Below are positions 19,257-27,322 of a stretch of DNA of 64,000 nt, one piece after another; the stretch's first letter is position 1; every line of letters starts with the position of its first letter. Position numbers and translations under genes: made by a program. Under the pieces are notes generated by a model that was not told where the DNA came from, did not search any database, and was given only the letters and a program-made list of their open reading frames with translations. This stretch comes from Candidatus Poseidoniaceae archaeon (GTDB taxonomy: Archaea; Thermoplasmatota; Poseidoniia; Poseidoniales; Poseidoniaceae). Location of the stretch: positions 12,678 through 76,677 of the forward strand of contig CALKGM010000012.1 in the NCBI GenBank assembly GCA_938084675.1, given 5' to 3'.

Positions 19257-20306
19257 TCAAGATTCTATGATTTTGTACAATGCACCATTGTTCCCAAACG
19301 TAGCATAATACAATGTTCCATCGGGGTGAAATACCAACGGAAGAGGAGTCCCTGCATCCCATGCAAATCGTGTAATATCTGACGTGTAGGCGCCGTCATC
19401 TCCAACCGTTACGTCGATACGGACTATCTCGTGCCCCTGAGGTAGGATTGTATTCCAGGAGCCGTAAACGGTTGAATATAGCGTGAATCCAACTGATGGT
19501 TCAAGCCCAGGAAGGGATGAGTGAACCGGTCGAACATCAATGCCATTCATCGATGTATGTGGGGCCCATGTCCCAATAGGCGCCTCGGTTCCAACCGGCA
19601 CAGGATGCTCTGGGTCATCATCAGGCCAACCATAAGCGGCTCCTTCAATCAGAAAATTCAGCTCTTCAGGGGGATGGTCAAACTCCAAATCTCTTCCATT
19701 ATCTGTGAAAAAATACCCATGACCGTCCACCCAAACACCGTCGAAAGAGTTTCGAACACCGCTTGCTAACACGCCGTGGTCTCCGGTAGTGGAGTTCACC
19801 CACAATAGAGCACCATTGCGCTCATCTGTTTCGTCGCAAACATTGCATGTAGAGCCGCTGTGCCAGACCAATGTTCCGTTGGAAAGGAGATTAATGGCAT
19901 TGGTTTGATGATTTTTGCTCTTAATGCCTTCAACCAGCGGTTGTGGATTGACAAATTGACCGTCTTCGGCCACGGTGTATTTGGTTAGCGTGCCTGCTTC
20001 CGAAACGTAGGCTGAGCCGTTGTCAAGAAGGAGGCCGTGGGGACGGTCAAGGCCGTCAAGAAGGGTTCTTCGTTCATCGGATGTGATGTTTAGTTCAATG
20101 ATTTGGCTGCCGTCCCTGTCACAAATGAGTAGATGGGTATCATCCGCCCACACCAAACACGTTGGGCCACCTAAACCCTGAGCGACCGACTCCACACTGT
20201 ACCCATCCACCAAATTTGGATCGTCCCCCGAAACATACGGGTAGACTTGCCTTACAACGAGAAGCGTAACGATGAGAATCGCCATGGGCATGATGTGCTT
20301 CCGCAT
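19257..20306 (-). CDS. PQQ-dependent sugar/sorbosone dehydrogenase-like beta-propeller, membrane-anchored
   Basis: N-terminal TM; GLDRPHGL, GSTCNVCDE.DERN, ASGVRNS, TDNGRD, PPEELN...YGWP motifs; start MRKH at 20306 preferred. Confidence 0.82.
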   Translation of the reverse strand: MRKHIMPMAILIVTLLVVRQVYPYVSGDDPNLVDGYSVESVAQGLGGPTCLVWADDTHLLICDRDGSQIIELNITSDERRTLLDGLDRPHGLLLDNGSAYVSEAGTLTKYTVAEDGQFVNPQPLVEGIKSKNHQTNAINLLSNGTLVWHSGSTCNVCDETDERNGALLWVNSTTGDHGVLASGVRNSFDGVWVDGHGYFFTDNGRDLEFDHPPEELNFLIEGAAYGWPDDDPEHPVPVGTEAPIGTWAPHTSMNGIDVRPVHSSLPGLEPSVGFTLYSTVYGSWNTILPQGHEIVRIDVTVGDDGAYTSDITRFAWDAGTPLPLVFHPDGTLYYATFGNNGALYKIIES

Positions 20307-20313
20307 GGTATGA

Positions 20314-21258
20314 CTACGCACCTGAAGTTTCGCTTTGAACAATTCGCACATTCACGCCTTCAAATGTTGCAACAAGGGATAAGTCACAATTTGCGCTACA
20401 AATATTTAGCCCGTTTTCTAGAAGTTTGATTTCTTCAATCCCGTCCCAAGATGCTCTATCGGGGTCCTCCGACACGATACGACACGGAGACGGTGAAACC
20501 AAGTCGGGGTTGTTCAGCGCAGGGAAGGATTCGGGACTAAGGGAGGAAATGAGCATGGTTGGGTAACGGGCTTCGTCCTCGTCGTTATAGTACGTCAAAA
20601 ATTGAATTTTGAAGAATTGCCCTTCCTGTTCAACGATATAAACGCCATCATTTGGAGTGACCCGATGTACTGCGAGGTCGTAAGTGTACCAATCCAGCCG
20701 TTCTTCGGTTGCGTTTACGAATTGTGTTTCGTCAATTGTGAAATCATTCTCAATTGACTCGCCTTCAACAAACTGCCAGCGTAGTCCGTCATTCATGTGA
20801 ATGTCGGTCTTGGAGAAGCGAAGTGTGTAATCGCTCTCGTTTGAGGAGGCTTGATTTGGTACGTCAACATAGGTGAACTGTTCTTCTCTGGTCGCATCGA
20901 CTTGTGTCAAGAACGTCAAGCCATCTGCCCCGAGAGAGGGTTGTACCCTTGACGCTTCGTCCACTTCTGTGGACTGGCTACCAAAGGTACAACCGTATGT
21001 TTCTCCATCGATCTCCAATTGAAGTTGGAGGGATGACCACGGCAAATCTTCCGCACCTTCTTCAAAAGAGAGGCTTGCAAGAACATCGTCTGAACCGTTC
21101 GTGGCTAAAGCATTGTATTGTGTCACGGTGATGCCATTTTCAGTCCCTAGGTCGCTCTCGTACGAGACAACCATCACCGACCAAACGCCGGCGATGACAG
21201 CCACCGCTAAGGCCAATCCAAGGAATGCGCGGCTCCATGACACGATACTCAGCTTCAC
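20314..21258 (-). CDS. membrane-anchored protein with an HmuY-like (heme-binding) region inside a pilin-like beta domain
   Basis: N-terminal TM; WYTYDLAVHRVTPNDGVYIV..EGQFFKIQFLTYYN resembles the HmuY C-terminal signature; flanked by EDLPWSSL and WD..E.I.L.ENG segments recalled from MGII pilin-like domains. Confidence 0.6.
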   Translation of the reverse strand: MKLSIVSWSRAFLGLALAVAVIAGVWSVMVVSYESDLGTENGITVTQYNALATNGSDDVLASLSFEEGAEDLPWSSLQLQLEIDGETYGCTFGSQSTEVDEASRVQPSLGADGLTFLTQVDATREEQFTYVDVPNQASSNESDYTLRFSKTDIHMNDGLRWQFVEGESIENDFTIDETQFVNATEERLDWYTYDLAVHRVTPNDGVYIVEQEGQFFKIQFLTYYNDEDEARYPTMLISSLSPESFPALNNPDLVSPSPCRIVSEDPDRASWDGIEEIKLLENGLNICSANCDLSLVATFEGVNVRIVQSETSGA

Positions 21259-23222
21259 TCGCCCTTGGAACGGCGCTCTATCAACACGAGGGCCCCAATC
21301 ATTGAGACGAGTACCGTGGTGATGAGGAAGCCTGGTGTGTCTTCGCTGTCGTCATCGGACATGTCTGTCGAGGATTCTTCTTCCCCGCCGTCTCCAACAA
21401 CAATTTCACCGAACATGTTGAGGGCCACGTGTGGCTCACAAGCATAGTAGAAGGTTGAATCTTCAGTGAACGTGTGCGAGAAAGCAACGGTTGTGGCTGC
21501 TTCGCCAGATGTAATTCCATTTTCAACAAAGGTGGTAGACTTGCTACCTGTAATCTCTTTGACGTTGTGAGGCATGCTTTCGTCCTCCCAAGACCAACAG
21601 ACGGTCTGTCCAACGTTGATGTTAATCACTGCTGGAGAATATGCATATCCGGTTGAACCGATACCAACAGTAACATCACAGGTCACGCCTTCAAACGGAT
21701 CTACACTCGCTGGAGGTGTGAGCACTTGGTCAATGACGTGGATAACACCGTTTGATGCTGGTACATCAGCAAGTGTGACATTCGCCATTGATGAGCCAAC
21801 CATGACCGACCCGTTCTCGACATGAATCAACAATTCATCTCCGTTTGCAGCGTTAACGGTAGTCATTCCCTCTGCGAGGTCGGTTGACATGGTCGTTCCT
21901 GCTACAACGTGGTAGAGAAGGATGTCTGCAAGGACCGCAATTTCTTCGTCTGTCGTGAAATCATCAAGATTGATTCCAGCCGCTTCAAAGGCTGCGTCAG
22001 ACGGTGCAAACACCGTGTAGTCTGTTGTTCCACTGACCGTGGCGACCAGATTTGCCTTGGTCAGTGCTGCAACGAGAGATGTGTGAATGGTGGTTGCTGA
22101 TGCCGTCATGGCGATGTCAACGGCTGGAGTCCAGACGTAGGCTTGACATTCGGCAGCGCTGACATCGGTCACAGCGTGTGTAACCGAGTTGTAACAGCCC
22201 GTAATGGTTTGACCACCCATTGAAAAGTTCTCGAGGTACATGTAAGCATTGCATGCAACCTTGCTTGAGCCAGGGGCAATCGTGTGAGACACCATGGTGT
22301 AGCAGATGTCACCTGATGGTGGCGTCAATACTTGGTCTATCACGTGTACGACTCCGTTGGATGCAGCTACATCCGCAATCGTAACGTTAGCATTACCGCT
22401 TCCAACAGTAACTCCTGAGGTGGCAACATTTAGAGCAAGACTGTCTCCGTTGACGGCTCGGACGGTTGTTGTTCCATCCGCCAAGTCGGTGGATAGGGTG
22501 GTTCCAGCCACAACGTGATACAGGAGAATGTCGGTCAGCGTAACAATCTCTTCGGGGGTGTCAAATGTAGCGAGGTCGATTCCTGCTGCTGCAAATGCGG
22601 CGTCAGTAGGGGCGAACACTGTGAACGGTCCCGTTCCTTGAAGCGTAGTAACGAGATCGGCTTGGATGAGGGCCTCAACGAGTGCTGTGTGGATTCCTGT
22701 AGATGTTGCAACGCTTGGGATGTCAACCAGTTCTACTGTAGGAGGCATGAGGACTTTGTCAATGATGTGGATAACACCGTTTGATGACATAACGTCCGGG
22801 GTGGTGACATTGGCCCCCTCAATCATGACCGCTCCGTCTACGACGCTGAACGTGGCATCGTCTCCGTTGAGCATTTCAACGGTTAAACCGTCAGTGACGG
22901 CGGAGGATTCTACTTGGCCGGAATAGACGTGGTAGAGGAGAATGTCCTGCAGAGTGGCATTTTCTTCGTCGGTATCGAAGTCAGCGAGATCAATGCCCGC
23001 CTCAGCAAATGCTGTGTCGGTGGGGGCAAAGACCGTGAACGGCCCGTCGGCTTGGAGCGCTGACACCAGGTCTGCGTGTGCAAGAGCAGCTACCAGCGAG
23101 TCGTGTACTCCGCTGTTTGTTGCATTTGTTGGAATGTCATCAGTTGCATCCGCCGTCACGTTGAACGGTAATGTTGCAAGTAATAGGCTGGCTGTCAAAA
23201 TGAAGACTCTTAGGCGCATCAT
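21255..23222 (-). CDS. surface protein with three fasciclin (FAS1) domains, a plastocyanin-like cupredoxin domain and a PGF-CTERM-like anchor
   Basis: Three TVFAP[TS]D.AF / ILLYHV / SNGV.H.ID repeats; HNV...CEPH...M type-1 copper ligands; TPGF + TM + basic tail; start ATG 23222 with TATATA about 25 nt upstream. Confidence 0.9.
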   Translation of the reverse strand: MMRLRVFILTASLLLATLPFNVTADATDDIPTNATNSGVHDSLVAALAHADLVSALQADGPFTVFAPTDTAFAEAGIDLADFDTDEENATLQDILLYHVYSGQVESSAVTDGLTVEMLNGDDATFSVVDGAVMIEGANVTTPDVMSSNGVIHIIDKVLMPPTVELVDIPSVATSTGIHTALVEALIQADLVTTLQGTGPFTVFAPTDAAFAAAGIDLATFDTPEEIVTLTDILLYHVVAGTTLSTDLADGTTTVRAVNGDSLALNVATSGVTVGSGNANVTIADVAASNGVVHVIDQVLTPPSGDICYTMVSHTIAPGSSKVACNAYMYLENFSMGGQTITGCYNSVTHAVTDVSAAECQAYVWTPAVDIAMTASATTIHTSLVAALTKANLVATVSGTTDYTVFAPSDAAFEAAGINLDDFTTDEEIAVLADILLYHVVAGTTMSTDLAEGMTTVNAANGDELLIHVENGSVMVGSSMANVTLADVPASNGVIHVIDQVLTPPASVDPFEGVTCDVTVGIGSTGYAYSPAVININVGQTVCWSWEDESMPHNVKEITGSKSTTFVENGITSGEAATTVAFSHTFTEDSTFYYACEPHVALNMFGEIVVGDGGEEESSTDMSDDDSEDTPGFLITTVLVSMIGALVLIERRSKGE

Positions 23223-23269
23223 GACTGAATTGCCGATTTTCCCCCCATATATAGGCCCGTATTTTTTCG

Positions 23270-24523
23270 TCAAACAAAGGGGGAACGGTATTCGTGGACA
23301 TCCTCTGCAATTCGTAATAATTGGTTATATTTTGCGACTCGATCTGAACGTGCAGGTGCTCCGGTTTTGATTTGTCCTGCACGAGTACCAACTGCAAAGT
23401 CGGCAATGGTCACATCTTCTGACTCTCCGCTGCGATGGGAAACAACATTGTTGAATCCATGAGTTGTAGCCATGTCCATCGCTTCTAGCGTTTCTGTAAC
23501 CGTGCCTACTTGATTTAATTTTACCAACATTGCGTTAGCAGCCCCTAATTCAATTCCCTGGGAAAGGCGTTGTGATTGGGTCACAAACAAATCGTCTCCA
23601 ACGGATTGGACCCGGTGGCCGTTTGCTTTGGTAAAAGCCGCCCATCCAGCCCAATCGTCTTCGCCAAATCCATCTTCAATCGATAATATTGGATATTCGT
23701 CAATCCAACCAGCGTACATCTCTGAAAGTTCCTCGCTTGAAAGTACGCGTCCTTCCATATGGTAGCCATCGTCCTTGAGGAATTCTGTAGATGCCACGTC
23801 AAGAGCGATGCCGATTTCTTCTGTCGAATAACCTGCGCCCTCAATGGCTCGGACCATGTATTTGAGGCCCTCTTCGTTTGAAGGGAGATTGGGGGCGAAC
23901 CCCCCTTCGTCGCCAATACCGCCGAGCAGTCCGTCTTTCTTGAGTTCTTTTTTGAGGGCGTGGTATGTTTCAACGCCGGCACGAAGACCTTCTTTGAAAT
24001 CGTCAAAACCGTGTGGCATAACCATGAACTCTTGCACGTCAACATTTGATGCTGCATGTGCTCCTCCGTTGAGAATGTTAAGCATCGGTACCGGCATCAA
24101 TCCGCCTGCGACACCGCCCACATACTTCCATAGAGGTAGTTCGTGATAGGCAGCACCAGCATGAAGGCAGGCCATAGAGGCTCCAAGCATTGCGTTTGCA
24201 CCAATATTGGATTTGTTTGGAGTTCCGTCAAGTTCAAGCATCACTTCGTCAATAATACGTTGCTCATCTACCGGGAGGCCAACAAGGGCTTCCTCGAGAA
24301 GTTCCTTCACGTTGAGTACCGCTTGTTCTACGCCTTTCCCCATGTAACGACTTGTGTCGCCGTCTCGGAGTTCAAGTGATTCATATGCCCCAGTGGAAGC
24401 CCCTGATGGGACGATTGCTCTACCCATCAACGCGCCTTCAACATAACAATCCACTTCAACAGTCGGTTGTCCCCGACTGTCCAATACCATTCGTGAGTCC
24501 AAACCGGTAATGTGACCTGACAC
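23270..24523 (-). CDS. eno: enolase
   Basis: LDSRGQPTVEV, VPSGASTG, GDEGGFAP, VGDDLFVT, VVSHRSGE, GQIKTGAPARSDRVAKYNQLLRI. Confidence 0.98.
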   Translation of the reverse strand: MSGHITGLDSRMVLDSRGQPTVEVDCYVEGALMGRAIVPSGASTGAYESLELRDGDTSRYMGKGVEQAVLNVKELLEEALVGLPVDEQRIIDEVMLELDGTPNKSNIGANAMLGASMACLHAGAAYHELPLWKYVGGVAGGLMPVPMLNILNGGAHAASNVDVQEFMVMPHGFDDFKEGLRAGVETYHALKKELKKDGLLGGIGDEGGFAPNLPSNEEGLKYMVRAIEGAGYSTEEIGIALDVASTEFLKDDGYHMEGRVLSSEELSEMYAGWIDEYPILSIEDGFGEDDWAGWAAFTKANGHRVQSVGDDLFVTQSQRLSQGIELGAANAMLVKLNQVGTVTETLEAMDMATTHGFNNVVSHRSGESEDVTIADFAVGTRAGQIKTGAPARSDRVAKYNQLLRIAEDVHEYRSPFV

Positions 24524-24574
24524 AATGCTCCCTCAACCCGTCCAAGGGTAGGGGGGACTTGAATCAAACGGGGG

Positions 24575-25054
24575 TTATTGGTTCGTACGATTTAACCAAG
24601 CCATCCACCGCGCCACATGGGCTTGGATTTGTGGAACTTCTACTTCTGATTGGGCTTGGACCATCCAACAGAGCTGTTCCTCAAGCGGGGAGATCGAGAA
24701 TAATTCTGCCTTGAAGACTGGTTCGTTATCGATGAGAATGTGTCGGCGACGATCTTCTACAAAGCAATGTATCAATTGTCGTGGAAAATGGTGAATGATG
24801 GACTGTTGCGGGCACATGAGGACTAATGATTCGTTGAGGAAGAGCAGCGCTTCGCCGGTGAGAGGGTTAAGTTCGTGGAAATGGATGGGGGTATCTCCGA
24901 ACATGGCCGCAATATCAATCTGAAACCAATCTTGTTGACTAACAGAAAGGTCACATTGCGAGAGGTGATCCAAGAATGCCTGAAGCCCGGCTTCTTCGCT
25001 GTAACCCTTGGCCCGCATAGTAAGTTTGTAGAGAGGCTTCCTTTTGAACCCCAC
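24575..25054 (-). CDS. hypothetical protein, 159 aa
   Basis: Open frame filling the gap upstream of eno; no family recognised; start uncertain. Confidence 0.6.
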   Translation of the reverse strand: MGFKRKPLYKLTMRAKGYSEEAGLQAFLDHLSQCDLSVSQQDWFQIDIAAMFGDTPIHFHELNPLTGEALLFLNESLVLMCPQQSIIHHFPRQLIHCFVEDRRRHILIDNEPVFKAELFSISPLEEQLCWMVQAQSEVEVPQIQAHVARWMAWLNRTNQ

Positions 25055-25192
25055 GAAGTGCTTGTTTTTACAGAATGGGTGGTTTTTTTCCGCTAAATGT
25101 AGAATTTATACCTATATTTGACATAAGATGCTTCATTTGCCCCACATAATGCCCGTAAAAGGGTTGAAATAGGTACGGGCCAACCGGAAACC

Positions 25193-25615
25193 ATGCCCCG
25201 AATTGCAGAAATTGATCGCGCCATCCTCGCCGAACTTAGGAAAAATGGGCGTATGTCCTATGTTGACCTCGCAGCACAAGTCGAAGCAAGTGAGCGAACC
25301 GTCCGAACTCACATCCGTAATATGGAAGAAAACGGGACCATCCGGGGCTATACTATTCGCGAAGGAGGAGTCGGACTTACCGCACTCGTCCGAATAAAGG
25401 TTGCACCTGGTTCCGAAATCGGTTCGTTTGCCTCCGAAGTTACTGGGTGGGATGGAATTGAAATTATCTACGAGGTCTCAGGCGAAGCGGACTTGGTTGC
25501 GCTTGTCCACGTTGACGACACCATGGCACTTCGCAAATTGTTGGATAAAATGTGGCTCGCTGCCCCAAATGAAATCGCCAGCACAACCACTGAGTTGGTT
25601 CTGGAACAATACTGA
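25193..25615 (+). CDS. Lrp/AsnC family transcriptional regulator
   Basis: IDRAILAELRKNGRMSY.DLA...SERTVR..I..ME..G.IRGY HTH; RAM domain YEVSGEADL. Confidence 0.93.
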   Translation: MPRIAEIDRAILAELRKNGRMSYVDLAAQVEASERTVRTHIRNMEENGTIRGYTIREGGVGLTALVRIKVAPGSEIGSFASEVTGWDGIEIIYEVSGEADLVALVHVDDTMALRKLLDKMWLAAPNEIASTTTELVLEQY

Positions 25616-25732
25616 TTATTCCTGTTCTTCTTCGTCATCATCTTTTGATGGTTTTGGAGGCGAATAGTCAATCCCGCAGGACCTGCAGACCATTTCATCG
25701 TCCCAATCGCATTGCCGCTTACATCCAGTCAT
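25616..25732 (-). CDS. small Cys-rich (Zn-finger-like) protein, 38 aa; absent from ORF track
   Basis: MTGCKRQCDWDDEMVCRSCGIDYSPPKPSKDDDEEEQE; AGGTGA RBS overlapping the upstream stop; fills the gap exactly. Confidence 0.7.
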   Translation of the reverse strand: MTGCKRQCDWDDEMVCRSCGIDYSPPKPSKDDDEEEQE

Positions 25733-25737
25733 CGAAC

Positions 25738-26283
25738 TCACCTTGATTTCCACTTGACTGAGCATCCAATCGATTGAGTGACTGCAACGTCCGGCGCAGT
25801 GCCGTTAAGCATCGCAGTTATTGCTTGGTCTAAATCTCGCACCATAACATCGCTAGGGTCACGTGGACTATCATCCATCCTTCCTTTGTAGACCAATTGA
25901 TGCTGAGAATTAAACAAGAAAAATTCAGGAGTTCGTTCAGCGCCGTAAGCGTGGGCAACGTCCTGCTCTGAATCGTGAAGATAGGCATAAGGCATACCCT
26001 TTAACGCTCTTTTTTCCATATTTGCAAACGAGTCGTTTTCGTACACAAGAGGATCGTTAGAATTAATTCCAACATAACCGATTTCGTTCTGTTGACAGAA
26101 CTCAGCCATTGCGTTCATTCGAGAGACGCTTGCAACAACATACGGGCAGTGATTGCACTCAAAAGCAACTACCAGGCCGTTCCTGCTGAATGCTTGCTCA
26201 AGAGACATTTGGCTACCGCCAACAGCCGTATTTGCATTAGCCAGATGAAAAGCGGGTGGTGCATCACCGATGTTAAGAGACAT
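25738..26283 (-). CDS. thioredoxin-fold / AhpC-TSA family protein (PRX-like1)
   Basis: FECNHCPYV, GINSND, AYGAERTPEFFLF, Y.GRMDD, SIGCSVKW. Confidence 0.9.
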   Translation of the reverse strand: MSLNIGDAPPAFHLANANTAVGGSQMSLEQAFSRNGLVVAFECNHCPYVVASVSRMNAMAEFCQQNEIGYVGINSNDPLVYENDSFANMEKRALKGMPYAYLHDSEQDVAHAYGAERTPEFFLFNSQHQLVYKGRMDDSPRDPSDVMVRDLDQAITAMLNGTAPDVAVTQSIGCSVKWKSR

Positions 26284-26328
26284 ATGTACCGCTGGGAGTT
26301 CACACTCAAAATGCCTTGCTTTAAGCCG

Positions 26329-27294
26329 TCACAGTGTCAAGAAGTATGCAGCTGCGCCTAAACCTGCTACAAGGCCGGTAATGATGAGGATTTTCACGAG
26401 CGGTGTATTGGGCCCTTCGGCCTCAAGGGGACTTGCTTGGGATGGGAGGTCGGGTACGATTTTTTGTTCTTCAACAGGATCTTCATGCGAATCCCAGTAA
26501 GCCTGCTTTTCTGCTTCACCCGCAGCCAGTTCTGCTTCAATTCGTGCTTGTTCGGCAAGGCGAGCTTCCTCAGCAAGGCGGGCTTCCTCGGCAAGGCGGG
26601 CTTCCTCGGCGGCCAATCGTGCTTCCTCGGCGAGACGGGCTTCCTCGGCAAGACGGGCTTCCTCAGCAAGGCGGGCCTCCTCGGCAAGGCGGGCTTCTTC
26701 GGCAAGACGGGCTTCCTCAGCGAGACGAGCTTCTTCGGCAAGACGTGCCTCCTCTGCAGATTGTGCTTCCGCAGCCAAACGTGCTTCTTCTGCAAGACGT
26801 GCTTCTTCTGCAAGACGTGCCTCTTCTGCAAGGCGAGCTTCTTCTGCAAGACGTTCCTCTTCTGCAAGACGTTCCTCTTCGGCGAGGCGGGCTTCTTCGG
26901 CGAGACGTTCTTCTTCGGCGAGGCGTTCTTCCTCGGCCCTACGAGCTTCCTCTTCCTTGCGAATGGCTTCTGCAGCGGCTCGTTTTGCTGCTTCTTCCTC
27001 AGCGAGGCGTCTGATTCGTTCATTGATTGCATCTTCGTTCTTATTGGTATACCGAGTGAGAATCGCCTGTCCCATCTTCCCGAAGTCTTCGTCGGAAATT
27101 GATTCAACCTCTGCCCGCGTTGCAACCAATAATCGTTCTACATCCTCGATAAGAAATTCGCCTTCGTGGCTGTTGAGCGCTGTACGAAAGGATTGGTAGA
27201 ATTCCCTTTGTTCAACCGAAATTGCCCCGTCTCGGGTCATAAAATCTTGGAGAGCAGTCAGGATTTCTGTCAAATTAAGTTGCTCTATTTCCAC
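26329..27294 (-). CDS. tail-anchored protein with an (AEEARL)n charged helical repeat
   Basis: About 20 AEE[AE]RL hexads; single C-terminal [22 protein letters not shown]; GTG start after a GAGGGG RBS. Confidence 0.8.
   Translation of the reverse strand: MEIEQLNLTEILTALQDFMTRDGAISVEQREFYQSFRTALNSHEGEFLIEDVERLLVATRAEVESISDEDFGKMGQAILTRYTNKNEDAINERIRRLAEEEAAKRAAAEAIRKEEEARRAEEERLAEEERLAEEARLAEEERLAEEERLAEEARLAEEARLAEEARLAEEARLAAEAQSAEEARLAEEARLAEEARLAEEARLAEEARLAEEARLAEEARLAEEARLAAEEARLAEEARLAEEARLAEQARIEAELAAGEAEKQAYWDSHEDPVEEQKIVPDLPSQASPLEAEGPNTPLVKILIITGLVAGLGAAAYFLTL
26545..26945. repeat. 18-nt coding tandem repeat (AEEARL)
   Basis: Degenerate units such as GGCTTCCTCGGCAAGGCG repeated about 20 times. 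Confidence 0.9.
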
Positions 27295-27322
27295 TTAAGT
27301 CCCCTCGTATATGTCGCTGGAG

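Noticed and set aside
26394-27125. Overlapping ORFs with FFCKT or LQKR repeats
   Set aside because: Frame shadows of the AEEARL repeat
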